Assembly (NCBI GenBank): GCA_013265495.1
Contig: MU058198.1
Location: forward strand, 2,988,419-3,052,418
DNA from: Vicugna vicugna
Lineage: Eukaryota
DNA: 64,000 nucleotides
Direction of reading: 5' to 3'
In this document: piece after piece, positions 25,235 to 39,469 of the stretch
Position numbering within the stretch: the first letter of the stretch is position 1
Layout: every line of letters starts with the position of its first letter
The notes under the pieces: generated by a model
Databases searched by the model: none
What the model saw: only the letters and a program-made list of their open reading frames with translations
Told to the model about the DNA's origin: nothing
Position numbers and translations under genes: made by a program

Positions 25235-26099
25235 CTAAAAATGGGAAAAATGTAAACAGTTGGATAACTGGAAAGTCGCTATGAACTGATCTCCCAACCC
25301 AGCTGTGAACTTCTCCAGACCAGCAGGACTGCAGTGATCTAAGGGCTCGGAAACAAGTCACTGAGCCCACAGGATCTGCCTCTAACAAGACAGTCTTGGA
25401 AGCACAATACCCTCTGCGATTGTGTAGCAACACACTCTGATTTCAGAGTGCCGTGCCACCACACCCAGAGTTCCTCTAAGTCTTGGTGAAAGAGACTCAG
25501 CAGACATAAAGGCTAACCCCCTTGTTTCACAGGGAGGAAGAAACCAAAGAGAGATGGAGTGACTTGCCTAAGGTTATACAACCATTCAGTCTCGTAGCGG
25601 GGACAGAGCACATCTGACTCCGAGACTTTCTCCCATACCATTAAATCTTCTTCTTTTCAGATTAAAAAATGTCAAATGGATATTTGCATCAGAAAAAAAT
25701 GAAATCAACTCAAATGTCCAACGATGGGAGCTAGTGAACTATTCTCCAGTTCTACTGGAATTATAAAGCAAATGCAAAGAATGAGTTGCATATATTTCCA
25801 CAAACATGGAAAGATTTCCTAAGTAAATATAAAAAGTAGGGAGAGAACAGTGTGTATACATGATTCAATTTTCATAAAATATTAAATATAGCATATGCAC
25901 AGGAAAAATATGAATGAATATACAACACAGTATTAAAGTTAGGTAACCCTTAGTTCTAAGATACTCAGCACAAGATACTTTCACTTACTAAGCTAAGTTC
26001 TGAAACAGTTGAGTATCTTATAACAGAAAACAGAAAAGCAAAAGATGGGGGAAAAGACAATGGAGACATTTAGAGACTTCATTATATGCTCAGCTGCAC

Positions 26100-26250
26100 C
26101 GCCCAGTGAAAAAGCACCGGACTGGGCCTGAAGAGGTTCCAGTCCCGGCCTGCCACCAACCAGCCCTGTGATCTTGAACAAATCACATGGTTTCTCTGGG
26201 CCTTCTTCAAATGAGGCGGTTGGACTGGACCCCTAAGGTCCCCTCAACTA
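26100..26250 (+). mobile_element. MIR-family relic
   Basis: ggttccagtcccggcctgccaccaaccagccctgtgatcttgaacaaatcac...ctaaggtcccctc. Confidence 0.6.
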
Positions 26251-27501
26251 TCACAGACATACTGCGTATGAGTCTATGAGGTGAAAGGGGCTGATAGCAT
26301 ATTCCACAAATAGTCCAAGAAATAGATTTCTGGCACATTTTTCTTCTAATGATTTTAATCACCACATTGTTTTCCCACAGGTGAACGTGCAAGTATAACT
26401 CACTTTCTTCAGCAAGCTAAGGTCAAAAACAAACCTGTAATTGTATCATTCATTTAAACCACATGCAAAAAGAGCCAGAAGCTTACAACCAGATTTTGCC
26501 TCGGACACATACCTAAACCTCCCTCCCTCTTTCTGTCTTTTCCGTCATCTCGAAAAAAAAAAAAAAAGAAGAAGAAGAACCAATGAGCACTTCAGAGTAA
26601 GAAGAACACGAATTTTATTAATCTGCCAGTACTTGGCCTATGAAAATCTAACATATTTGCTGTATCAGGGCAACACTGTTGACTGTATTTGTTTTATTGT
26701 GGTAACTTCCCAAATGAGAACACAGGAGGCCAAAGTACAAAACACCTTTATTATTCACGTGATTACATAGCAGCTTCCAGAAGTTATTTAGGGAAAAGCT
26801 ATTCAGCCACTGAATCATGTTTCCTCAGTAAGTTTTAAATAGGGAATTTTCTTCCCAAATAAAACCATAATATTTAATTGTGTAAAAAAAAAAGTGTATG
26901 CAAAAGTATGTCAAGTTACAAACAGGCCAGAAGTATTGGGGTCAATATAACTAATTATCAAAAAGTAAAGAAAGGTGGGGGGGAGGTACAACTTTCCTTC
27001 TCATCCCTAAACAGGATAAGAGACTTTAATCAGCTTTAATCAGAAAATAAACCAAACTGAGCACCCGAATGTAACTGTACTAGTAAGATGTTCACTCTTA
27101 TCACCATAACGGGAAGAGATTTTTCAAGAGCGAGCAGTTGAGTTTTCTAAGCCTCTCTGACCTTCAAACACCACAGGATGCTCTTCCTATGCTCACATAT
27201 GCATCCCTAAGAATGACTTAAAAGAGGGTAACTAATTATAAACAAAGCTAGAAAAGGTCTTCGTGTAGTTATAGCTTTTCCTCTTAAATATACATATACA
27301 CAATTAAACAAAGCATGAGAAGTTCGTGTGTATATTTTTCTCCTTTGGATCTTGATTTTTTATTTTCCCTTCAACACCAGAAGCAAGTGGTTTTAAATCT
27401 CTATCTAATCGTATTTGGCAGAGAACTGTTAAAAGATGCCACTAAAAGAGAAAGCAACACTTTTGTGGCTCGTGCGTAATCGGTCTTAGCAAGCTTATTA
27501 C

Positions 27502-27637
27502 CTGATCAGTGGGGATCTTTGTTTCCATAGACACTGCTTCCCGGAGTCTGGCGACAGTCCCAGACAGAGGCACGGCCACGCCAATCCGCATGCAGTGGGA
27601 ACATTTCCCTTCATACACTACAGTGACATAGAGAGGC
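27502..27637 (-). CDS. USP31: USP31 exon 5 (PLYVTVVYEGKCSHCMRIGVAVPLSGTVARLREAVSMETKIPTDQ)
   Basis: Acceptor tacag|, donor |gtaata, 136 nt, phase 2-0. Confidence 0.94.
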
Positions 27638-28227
27638 CTGTACGGATCAAAGTCAGATCTTCTCATTAGTCACTTATTTCAACTAAAATATAGAAGCAAA
27701 ACAACCCCGAAAACAACAAAACTGAAGTTAACCCACACCTTTAGTTGGACTTAAGGAGAACTATCAAACAATAATCAAGAGCTCTTTGGAAAAGGTAATC
27801 CTTATAAAGCAAAAACAGCTTGGTATCAATACTTGGTTCTGTGCTTTGTATTTTCTTTAAAACAGGATAACGCCTACAAATTTTGAGAAACAGTTCAAAT
27901 AAAGCAACTAATTAAAAGTGGAACGTAAGGTCTTCAGAGGCTTCAGAAAGCACTCCACAACCTCTCCTGCCCCCACACTACAGGTGAACGGCCAGCTGCA
28001 CAGACCACAACCAGATCAACCGAAAAGACTTGCTTGCCCCATGCATCTGCTTGCCCTGTAAACTCAGACAGGCACTTATAAACTTCTGTAAGGATTTAAT
28101 AATGCCTGTATTTAACTTATCACTAACCCTATTACTTGTCTAAATATATAAGAAGCCCTAACAGGAGCCTACAGAGGAAAAGGAACACACAGGAATATAG
28201 TCTTAATTTCATTAACCCTGTTCTTAC

Positions 28228-28320
28228 CTTGTGTGGGGTAGAGGAATTGGCAAAGAAATGCAGAGGAAAGGATCAAAAGTGTTGCTCTGCTTCTGACAGT
28301 GAGGACACGTCAGAGAAGAT
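28228..28320 (-). CDS. USP31: USP31 exon 4 (SSLTCPHCQKQSNTFDPFLCISLPIPLPHT-R), first CxxC of the zinc ribbon
   Basis: Acceptor tttgaag|, donor |gtaaga, 93 nt, phase 2-2. Follows a 90-nt intron. Confidence 0.95.
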
Positions 28321-28410
28321 CTTCAAAAACAAAAATGTAAGACGCTCACATTAAGATCACCTAGAACTACGTAAGCAGATAAGATAAGGGAAAATTGCAT
28401 TTGCTCCTAC

Positions 28411-28499
28411 CTGTACTGGGCTTGAAAAAGTTCTTGAACAAAAGTGCTACAGACAGGAAAAGATGGTCCCTCAGGCATCAAATCAGTCTCTGATGGTGG
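28411..28499 (-). CDS. USP31: USP31 exon 3 (PPSETDLMPEGPSFPVCSTFVQELFQAQY-R)
   Basis: Acceptor tttttag|, donor |gtagga, 89 nt, phase 0-2. Confidence 0.94.
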
Positions 28500-29813
28500 C
28501 TAAAAAAATAAATAAATAAAATACAATTTCACAGACTAGAAATGCCAGTTCTTGATTGAAGATGAGCCTAAAAATGTCACAAATATCTTTGACCTCCTTT
28601 ATAAGATATGTGTCAGATCCAGATGTTTCAGGGAAAGGCTTCTGCTAAAGGAACCAGAACACAGCTGCCAGGATGTGGGTCACACAGACTCACCTCCTCA
28701 CAGGCTCTCCCGGAGAACGGTGCTGACCCCTCTCTCCGCCCCAGCCAGGCAGTCAGGGAGTCCTTAACCAGGTACTCCCAGCCCCCTCCAATGCTCAAAG
28801 TGCCCCCTCCAACCTCTTCCAGGAAATAATCCCAACCATTCAAAAGTACCAATTCTTCCCCTGCCTAAATTCTCTAGCATCTATTAGCTCTGCTGCTCAT
28901 TTGGGCATAAATCATCCCACTTCACATGTTACTCATTAACCTTTCCGTGTCCCTCCCCCTAACAATTAGTTACTAAGCATCTGCCACCACTGCAGAGAGC
29001 ACCATAAAGGGCATTAGGATTCAAAGATAATACGACACAGTGCCTGACCTTGAGTACGTCTCAATCTGGTGGGAATGCCAGCCACAAGCATAAAGTCATA
29101 TGACAGTACAGAGTGTTCAGGCACAAAGGACCTTCAATCAGAATAATTTAACAGCTTACCAAAACTAGAAATTTAAAATTTAAGATACAGAAAAGAATTA
29201 CCGAAAATTTTTAAAAGCTGAGAGAGGAAAACAACACTTTAGTCTTAATTACCTCTATTGTATAAATCATTTTACCCATCACATTAAGACTACATAAACA
29301 AAAATTGAGAATGAATCACGGTTGCTCAGTAAGAATATTCTAAGGGTTCAGCTCCTACACTCAAATCTAATCCTAACAGCAGAGACATCCATATATTTCC
29401 TTTTTGATTGTGTATTCTATTCCAGTGATCGACAGACTATGTCTCATTGGAATAGAAAGCAAATTTCTGCTTTAAAAAAGGTTAGTGAGATGGAATCAAC
29501 TTAATGTTGGTCTAAAGCTAGTCATACATGCAAATGTATCCCCTCTCATTAGAGTGTAAGCTCCTTGGAGACAGTCTCTTGTATCTGGCACAGCCAGCAC
29601 AGTGGCAAGCATGGGGAAACGTCCCCTAAGTACCCATGAATTTCAAACTCACCCAGAGCTTAGTCAATTTCACTGTATTAACTAATTGCAAACGGCAGCA
29701 ACTCCTCAGAGGAGGTTTGGTAGAAGAATTGACACTCTCTCCTATTCTGTTCACCAAATGGCCACTGAGCCCCAGCTCACAGCTCCCTGATGGCCCTGCG
29801 GGAACACCTTTAC

Positions 29814-29951
29814 CTTCAGAGGAGGCTGGCCGCTCTGCTTCACAGCATGATTGAGGTCTTCATGAACTCGGTCCAAAAGCCACAGCAGAAACTCCTGGGC
29901 ATCGTGCTGGGAATTTCCCCGATATTGCAGTGCATTCTTTGACACAATACT
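29814..29951 (-). CDS. USP31: USP31 exon 2 (SIVSKNALQYRGNSQHDAQEFLLWLLDRVHEDLNHAVKQSGQPPLK)
   Basis: Acceptor tatag|, donor |gtaaag, 138 nt, phase 0-0. Contains the USP QHDAQEF motif. Confidence 0.96.
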
Positions 29952-30731
29952 CTATACAGGTAAATAAATCAGCATGAATAGTTGTGAGTTCCTGGCTCTA
30001 AAGATAAACTATTCATAATTCCAATGAGGAATGCAAGATCTCAAGGCTGTTAGAGAGTACTTCCTGGAAAGACAGCAAATATAAAAACAGATGCTCAATG
30101 TAAAAACCCCACCTGTGAACCAAAGACTTTTAAATGCACCCACCCAACGATCCTACTTTCTGGAATGTATCTAAAGGAAACCATCAAAACAGCATGCCAA
30201 GACTTCTAAGAAGATATTCATTCACTAATAGCAAAACTCTGATAATAACTTCTACATCTTAAAAATGAGAATTGTTACAAATATCAAATCATTATGTTGT
30301 TAACCTGAAACTAATATAATGTTATATGTGAATAATACCTCAATTTTTAAAAGAGAAAAAATGAGAATTGGCTAAATATCACAGTATTAGATTATAAACT
30401 GAAGTATAAAATAAACAAATCTACATAAGGTAAATGAGTGAATAAATAAGTAAGAAGAGACAAATCTCCCTTATAGACGAATTCTAAATAATTTATGTCA
30501 GTAACCCCCGTCTCCAGGAGTTAGATCTTAACCCCCACTATGGGCTGTGACAGTGACTTGCTTCCAAAGATTAGAGTTAGCAAAGAGGGGTAGCCAGTAT
30601 AAGGTCACAGGTGAACTGGTTAATTAAGATTAAGACCATGGGGCTCTGGAAAATATAGCTTGGGTTTAAATCTGTCCAACCACTCACTATTTGGGAGGTC
30701 AGACCTACTTTCCTCAGAAGTAAAATGGATA

Positions 30732-30838
30732 GGGGGCAGGGGTAGAGCGCTCAATGGTAGAGTGCGCTCTTAGCATGCATGAAGTCCGGGGTTCAATCCC
30801 CAGTACCTCCATTTGAGAAAAAACAAAAAAACAAAACA
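30732..30838 (+). mobile_element. tRNA-derived SINE inserted in a MIR relic (~30625-30940)
   Basis: tRNA-like head and A-rich tail. Imperfect target-site duplication aagtaaaa(t/a)gga. Confidence 0.85.
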
Positions 30839-31796
30839 AAGTAAAAAGGAAAATAATGATTTAGTGTAATGGTTAAGTGAGAATGCATGCAAAGCATCTC
30901 ACATTAAATGACATATAATAAGCACTCTAATTTTAGCTATGAGTATTGAATTGAAGTGGGGAGAAAGGAGGGGAGACAACTGCACAAACACAGAGCAGAC
31001 AGGAGACAAATGAAATGATGAGGCAAGAAATAATAAGGGCTGAGCGAAGTCTGTGAGGACAAATTTGAGAGAGATTTAGGAACTGAAGCAGTAGAATCAT
31101 TAGGATTTCCACCTAATGAACATGGAAAATGAGGAAGAAGGCATTAATGTCATCCTGGTGTCTTATCTGGATGATGGGCCACTGGTGGTTCCCTTCATCA
31201 AGACAAAATAAAAAAGGAAGAAGTCTAGAAAAGAGGGTGATGAGTTCCCATTAGAATCCACTGTAGTTGAAGTTCTGTGCAATCTCCAAATGGAAGTATT
31301 TGGTAAACAACCAAAAAATACAGATCTGCTCAATGGAAGAGTTTGTGCTAAGTGGGACAAAGATTTGGGGGTCAACAGATGGGTGGTTACTTGAAATCAT
31401 GAGTATGACTAAGACTGCCCAGGCAAGATCACGAGAGATCAAGCCAGAGGACAGAATCCAGAGGAAGGCTATCTTTTAGGGGGCCCTCAAAGGAGACCAA
31501 GAAAAGGTCATTAAAGACGTGGCTAGAATATCAGGAGAAAAAAGCCCCAAGAGTCAAGAGAGAGTGATCAATAATGTTAAAAGTTGAAGAATAATCAAGT
31601 AAGTCAAAGAACTAATAACTGTCCATCATATTTTCCAATTACTTTCAGTGGCGGGGTGGGGGGCAGGGTCGTTCTCAGCATATGCAGCCTAAGAAACAAA
31701 TTAACTGAAATCAAATGCTTCTTCATGTGTCAAAGCAGCTATATTTTATGCACAGTGTCCATGAAATTCAGGATGGAGACAACATTCAATTCTTTA

Positions 31797-32023
31797 TGAG
31801 AGATAAATTGGGAGCTTGAGATTTACAAGTATTAACTACTATATATAAAATAAATAAAAAACAAATTTCTCCTGTATAGCACAGGGAACTATATTCAATA
31901 TCTTGTAGTAACCTATAATGAAAAATATGAAAATGAACATATATGTATATGTATGATTGAAACATTATGCTGTACACCAGAAACTGACACACTGTAACTG
32001 ACTATACTTCAATGAAAAAAAAA
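31797..32023 (+). mobile_element. Severely 5'-truncated L1 3' end
   Basis: ctgtatagcacagggaactatattcaatatcttgta...gctgtacaccagaaactgacaca, then a polyA tail. Flanked by aattc(t/c)ttat(g/c)ag. Confidence 0.8.
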
Positions 32024-35000
32024 ATTCCTTATCAGGATTGCACTAAACTTGATTTATGCTTCCCGCCACTCTCACTGAAACTCACCCAGCATTTATCGTC
32101 CAATCGCTATGTACAAGGTGCTGCGCTGAAGCTGCTCAACAAGATTCTTGTTGGGCAGGACTAAACAAGCAGCAGGACCTCCGCTTCCCTCTGAAACTAG
32201 GGCGAAAGCGGCTCTGGGTCAGCCCCGCCCTAAATCACTAACTACATCTCCAACTAAAAGAAATTTTACAGGAAACCCCACTGAACATACACAACACAAA
32301 GGCTTCTTTTCCCTTCACAATGGTGACTTCTTCCCACTGCAGGGACCCAAGGGACTCTTTATTTTACTTCTTCCCCTGACAAAACAAAGCACTGAATGAT
32401 CTAATAACCACATTTTAGTGCACACTGCAGAAGGAAGAAACACAGTAGGAGTTAAGGAACCTGGGCTGGAGCACAGCTCTGCCACACACTGGTTATCTCA
32501 TGCAACTCACCTAACCTGGGATTTCCTGGCTGTACATCAGAACAGCGGAGCTGGGCCATCACAGAGACCTGGCACACCAAATCTTCACCCAAGCTCTGCC
32601 CCTAGAGTCCCAGCAAGTGATTTGGTTTTTGTCTGGGGCCACATCTGACACTTCTTTGGTTGTCTTTTATGATTTTTTTCCATAATTAAATCTTAGTTTA
32701 TTTGATGTCCTAAAATTAATCCTTCTGTATTTTTGTAGTTTTTTAAAAAGTTGATTATCACTAGAATATGTCATCTGAAAATATAAGCATTGTTACAATC
32801 TAAGGAATCATTTATATTTGTCACTTCTATGAAAAATAGAGTATGAACCTTCTCAAAATTAACCTATATAATTTGTGTCTATTTTATAGAACTTGGGTAT
32901 GGTGTTGGTTTGTAAAAACATTAAACTGAATCTGTTGCTTTAAATTCTTTACTTCCTATTATAAATACATTTAACCATCATTCCAATTTTCCACTCAGGA
33001 TGATGCCTAACATCTAGCTACTAAACAATGAAGTAAAAGTCAAAACACACTGTAGGGCTTTCAAGTCTCATAAAATTTCTCTCTACCCTTCAAATAAAAC
33101 CTTAAGGCCTAAAATTACAGAGAACTTTTTCCCCTTAAAGAAAATAAGGGAGAGGGGGCGAACATTGGAAACATGGCCCAGAACAGAAAAAGAATTAAGT
33201 CTATCCAACTGGAGCTATAAAATTAAACACAGGGTTCTTTCTTTTCATAGAGCCCTAGTCCAGAAGCAGCAAAATCCTGGGCTCTGGGGAAAAGACATCG
33301 TTCACCTGACTCCAGGAAGAAGATGACAAAGCAATGGCAACTGGCAATTTCCCTCCCTGGGGAACAGACCTGGCAGTATTGGTCGGACATGAGTTGGCGC
33401 ACTCTTTGGGGGAGCTTGCCAAAACTCATCAAATGAAATCATCACTCCGTTTCCTTGATTCTATGCCAGAAAAAACATGGAATATATTTTCAGTGATTCT
33501 GGGAAAGAACAGAAGAACTTGGGAGGACATTAAAATTTACATTTTAAGAGAAAGATGAAGTGTAAAAAAGCTGGGTTCAGAGATGGTATCTCACAGTGAA
33601 ACTTGGTTTCTGGATGTGCTGGAAAGAACAAAACAATAAACACTTGTCTTGAGAAAAGTTTCATGTCTTGTATCTGACATTCTGGATACCTAAGTTGGTA
33701 AAGAATTAATTAACTAAAAACAGAGGATGAAATTGGTACAAATTGGTACAAATGTACACTGTAAAGACAGATATGACCCATAAAAATCAGTAACAGAGAA
33801 AGTGTCTTACAACAGAATTCCACACCAGGGTACAGAACACAGCCACACTCAAACAGGGCTCTCTGTGACCTTCCTCTAGCCCTGCCTCCTTATCTTCACC
33901 TCTGGTGGGGAGGTCTTTTCACATAACAGCACAAATGAGGCAGAGAGGCCCTCAGTATTAGCCGCCAGACTTCCACACATACTTTCCCTATGCCTGGAGT
34001 GCCCTCCACGCTCATCTCCTAATGCACCCCCCTCCCAACTCTCCTTCCTGGTGGGGGAGGGGCAGACTGAAAAGGAAGGAGACAACAGGAAAGGAGCTTC
34101 CATCCAGGACAGAAAGACAACTCAGGGAGAACAGTAGAGAATGCCACACACAACCCGTTCTTGTGTTCATGTTTGTTACAGGGAAACGTGAGTTATTTCT
34201 GATACAGAGCTCCTTGATCCTTCCAGTCAGAGGCCCTAACATAAGGTAACTCAAGTACAGGTGTCCCTCAGATCCAAGTTCTCAAAAGCCAAACTCAGGA
34301 ACTAAAACAATTTGCATAGCAAGAGATACTTGCAATTATAAGACTAGCTTTCTGTATTAAACAAACTCGTAAGTAACCACAAAGACGTGGTGGCAGGGGA
34401 CTCACTGCTGAAATGAAGAATAGGAAAGGGTATATTCTTTTCTTAAAGAAAAGGCTATAATAAAAGGATTGAGAAATGGTTACTGCATTTCAAGAAATTA
34501 CAGTTAAGGATGGAGGTATGGTCAAGATCATTAGAGCCAGAATAAAAGAGAGAAATATAAAAAGAAATACACCGCAAGTGGTTCAGCCAGATGAACAGTG
34601 AGAAAAGATTTCTCAACAGATCATAGAGCTATATTGGTAGAAAACACAGCAGCAAGAGAAAACCTCCAAGTACTGAAACAGTGGTTGGAAGTTTCTGCCA
34701 GAAATGCAATAGAAACAGAAAGACTGGATCCTGAATACCTGGGTCTAAGTCCTCTTTCCATCACCTTTTATGCAATGTGTAGTTTTTCCGAGTCTCGGCT
34801 ATCTTTTCTGCAAAATGATCATGCTTTTCTGAATTGATTATTGTGAGGCTTTAATGAGATCATAAAAGCATTTTAAATTCTAAACATCTGCTATTATCTA
34901 AGTTTCAAAAAAAATCAAGAAAAAAGCAAGGAATAATCCTGTGGTATAGTATAATCCTGGAAAATGTCAAAGACGAAGAGAGGAAAATACCTAAAGCATT

Positions 35001-36596
35001 GGCTCCTGACCCTTGGAATCACTTGGGGAAGTTTTTTTTAAAAAATAAAAACCACCCACGGCAGCAGTCTAGAGATGCTGACTTAATTAGATCTATAGTG
35101 GGACCTGATCATTGCTAATTTTTCTTTCAAATGTGATTTTTTTTAAACAATTCTATTTCTAATGTGAAGCCAAGAATATAAGAAAGGACATGGCCACACA
35201 AAAAAAACTCAAGTTTCACTTCCAAAAGCATTAAAACTTCTGGGAGGCTCTTTTGTCATAACTGTATTAGATCAGTTATTACATTTTATTCAAACCACCA
35301 GGACATATAATCTCATATCTGTCTCTACCACTAGACAGTGATCAGAAATGTCTTATCCAATATTACTTCCCCAAAACCTAGCCAATGCAATACTTGACAC
35401 AAACAGTAACAATAATAATTAGTTAATATTTAAGTGCTTATCATGTATCAGGCTTTATACTAATTGTTTATAGGTATTATTTCCTATAAAATTAACCCCC
35501 CAAAATTCCCAATGCTGGTAAGCATTAACATTACAGATAAAAACACATTACAAAGTAAAGTGAAGTAACTTGTCCAAAGTTACCACTATTCTTGAACCTC
35601 ATCTGATTAAAATGGCCTGAAAACATTTTTAGTCACAATCATTTCGTTCAATAAATGGTTTTTTTCCTTATACAACTCAGGATCACGTAGGGCTAGAGGT
35701 TCATCATCTGAACACCATTCTCAACGCAGACACAAAACATGTGCCGGAGACGGAACTACAGCTGCACCAAGCCCGAGGCTTCTGGGAGTTTGTTTGCTTT
35801 TAAATAAATCCTTGTTAATCAGTGTTTGTTTGGTCGTAATCTGCATTTTTTCCTATGACTGAAATATGGCCCAGAAACAAAAATGCAGTTTATCTAATTG
35901 AGAGTTTATAATCTGAGGAATAAGGAGGAATTCGGACTATGTCAGAAGATCAAGTTGCAGCTTGTGAAGAAGTGTGCCCGGCTCGAGTGTCCAGGATGCC
36001 AGAGAGAGCAAGCCAGAGACAGCTTTGGAGAACCGCGTCTGCCTCTCATCAGCACACCCAAAGGGGAGTGCTCTTTACCTTCTAATGCTCAAGCTGTTCG
36101 GCTGGTAGAGATGATTCTGTCCATCCTTCCGGAACACTCTAAAGCCCAGCCAACTCATGTTTATGTATCCGATCAAGTAACTCAAGTAACTCAAGAGTAT
36201 CTTCTTTTTGGTCTCCTTGACATTTTCCAACACAATCTAAGATTCTTCCCAATTATAGTAAAATAAAGCTTCTTAAAAGCTTTTTTATTTTAAAGGAGGA
36301 AGAGGGGGAATTTTGGCTAACTACCAACAGAATCAAAAAAGCAAACATCCAGCCCTGATGTGGCTAAAAGGTCATCATATGGGAAATGTAATCATCTCCA
36401 ACAGTTAAAAGTCAAAATAGAAAAACTAGAAAAGCCACCTAAATATCTAAGAAGTTATTATATACTCCTTCCATGGAATAATACAAATGTTTGAGAGTTT
36501 TAGAAAACATGAAGTAATAAATACATAATAAAATTAAGTGAAAAGAAGATATAAAACTGCATATGAACTTGATTTCAAACTTTCAAAAACCTTTTT

Positions 36597-37272
36597 AACA
36601 TTTTTTATTGATTTATAATCATTTTACAGTGTTGTGTCAAATTCGTGTTCAGCACAATTTTTCAGTCATATGTGGACATACACACACTTATGGTCACATT
36701 TTTTTTCTCTGTGAGCTACCATAACATTTTGTGTATATTTCCCTGTGCTATACAGTATAATCTTGTTTATCTATTCTACAATTTTGAAATTCCAGTCTAT
36801 CCCTTCCCATCCTCCACCCCCCTGGCAACCACAAGTCTATATTCTCTGTCTATGAGTCTATTTCTGTCCTGTATTTACGCTTTGTTTTTGTTTGTTTGTT
36901 TTTGTTTTTGTTTTTTAGATTCCACATATGAGCGATCTCATATGGCATTTTTCTTTCTCTTTCTGGCTTACATCACTTAGAATGACATTCTCCAGGAGCA
37001 TCCATGTTGCTGCAAATGGCATTATGTTGTCGGTTTTTATGGCTGAGTAGTATTCCATTGTATAAATATACCACATCTTCTTTATCCAGTCATCTGTTGA
37101 TGGACATTTAGGCTGTTTCCATGTCTTCGATATTGTAAATAGTGCTGCTATGAACACTGGGGTGCAGGTGTCATACTGAAGTAGGGTTCCTTCTGGATAC
37201 AAGCCCAGGAGTAGGATTCCTGGGTCATACAGTAAGTCTATTCCTAGTCTTTTGAGGAATCGCCACACTGTT
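36597..37272 (-). mobile_element. Relatively young 5'-truncated L1 (ORF2 C-terminus open for 117 aa, plus 3'UTR)
   Basis: ORF 36915-37268 (...TCTPVFIAALFTISKTWKQPKCPSTDDWIKKMWYIYTMEYYSAIK...) is the L1 ORF2p C-terminus. AATAAA on the minus strand at 36604-36609. Confidence 0.93.
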
Positions 37273-39469
37273 AAAAAAACATTTTCAAAGATCTTCTTGT
37301 TTTTTATCCTTGTAAATGTACACCAAAATATTAACAGTCATTTTCTTAAAGTGGTAAGTTTGGGGTGATTTTTCTTTTTCTTCTTTACTCATTTCAGTAT
37401 TTTCTATGTTTTCTAAAATGAATTTGTTAATAACAATAACCAAGCAGTACTTAAGGATGATCTTATGATAGCACACCCTGGTATTCTGGCCAAGGAACCC
37501 AAATCTTATGCACAGGAGACAGGGATGGCCAAAAAAAAAAAAAAAAAAAAGACCTTATTTCTAGCTGAGGCTTTGGCCCCAAATCCTGGAGAGTCCAGCT
37601 GCACTACGCTAAGAATTTATTTTTTTTCTCTGCTAGATAGACCTAGGGAGTCTTAAATCTAAGTTTCCTCCCTGTATGAACCCTAAACCCAAAGCCCAAA
37701 TCAACCTTTGGATCTTACCACTAGGGAGAAAAAGTGACAGCAGATAGCATCAAAGGAAAATGAGGAAAACAGAGGGGAAAAGAAGAGTTTTGCCTACAGC
37801 CACCACCAGGGGCCTTTTCAGGCCTCCCCGGCTCGCCAGGTGGGAGGTGCAAGCTTAGCCCTAGGAAGAGAAAGAAGAACCCAGCAGCAGCTTCCTGATC
37901 AAGTGGAGAGAAGCAGATGGGGAACGTGAGCCTGGTTTATGAACTCAGCACATGGCCCTGCTCACCAGCACGAGGCCAACGAATGTTCCTGGCTGAGTGT
38001 CACTCCTCTCGGGGTGGGAGGAAAGAGACTCACAATCATCGGAGGTGGGATATGACGGGAAAGACAAGGAGTGGGGGAGGCATGAGGCCCTGAACTACTC
38101 CAAGGCCAAGCATGCATTTATTTCTTCTATAATCAGTAGTGTGTGTGTGTTCACTGGCAAAGTATACATCCTCTTGGTTTTGAATACATTGGTATTCAAT
38201 GATAAACAGATCTAAAATGTTTTTAACCAAATAGACAATTTTATAAGCAGATTCAAAATATTCTGGGAATAATCTTGCTTTGAATCAATGTTCTGTTTCT
38301 GCACTTTGGTAACTAAAACATCAAACAGTAGAAATCAAGAGCTATTATTCACCAGTAGACAGAGATCCAGCAAGTTTCACTATAAGTTATGCATTTGTAC
38401 TGCCATAAACCCAGAGCACTACCAAAAAATTTTAACTGGCTAAAGCTTTCAGGTCATGGGCCTGCCATATCACTCTTCTCCGCACCAGCACTGCGCATGC
38501 TTGATGGTTAAGCCAGGCCAACTAACAAGCCACACAGAGGTATCGTCTCCAAATCAGTCCTGGCCTCCGCCAGTTATTTCAACCCTCACCACAAGCATCA
38601 GAGCATAAGACCAACCATAGTGCAAGCCTCCGGCTTATTCTGGCTCCAGGCTTTTCCCAGAAAAGGGCAACTTAGAACCTTCCCAGCCTAGGCTGGTCTG
38701 ACCTGCCCCAATCTTGGCCAATGCTAGTTGGTGCACATCGGCCCGAATGTGAATGTGAAAGCTAAATGGAACAGTGTGTGAACACACAGAGAGCAAACAA
38801 AGAGAAGTCTGTGAAATCAAAACAGGTAATTCCCTAAATTATCGAAATGTTACTAGCATATAAGTATCCTCCCATTTTAAAGACCAGATGAAGCTGTCCG
38901 ACCTCACTATCAACAAAGAAATTCAAATTAAAACAATAAAAATGCTATTTTCCACTTATCAACTTAAAGATATCTTTTTGCAACAGTAGGGTGTGACAAT
39001 TCTCACACTGCTAACAGAACAACCCTTCTGTAAAATAAAGTAACAATATGATTTTTCAAAATAGATAACCACTGACAAAGGAATTTCACTTCTAAATATC
39101 CTAAAGAAATAATCAAAATGAAAGATTCATGTAAAAAATATGTTCACTGCAACCAGAAACCATCCAAAACTAGGTTACAGTACCTTCGTACAATGATCTA
39201 AAGAGTTTTTGTGAAGAAAATTATTCGTAATACAATATGAAATTAAAATCACATAATGCAAAACTGTATGCACAGTTAGACCCCAATTATGCTAAAATAT
39301 ACACAAAACGAAGAAAAAGAGTAACATGCCAAGCAGTTTTCATACATTTTCAATTCTTCAACTTTTATACATTTTCCAAGTTTTCTACAATATTTTGGAT
39401 ATTACTCTTATCAAAATAGATGTTATCCATAACGAATTCTTACAAAAGAAACCAGACACCAAAGAATAC

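Noticed and set aside
28321..28410. 90-nt intron 3 as an in-frame retained intron
   Set aside because: Retention reads AGG TAG, an immediate stop.
33730..33760. Short tandem duplications (aaattggtac x2; also near 22853, 36173 and 3901)
   Set aside because: Two or three units only, consistent with ordinary slippage. No spacer structure, so not an array or CRISPR.
36915..37268. 117-aa ORF as a host gene exon
   Set aside because: It is the L1 ORF2p C-terminus.
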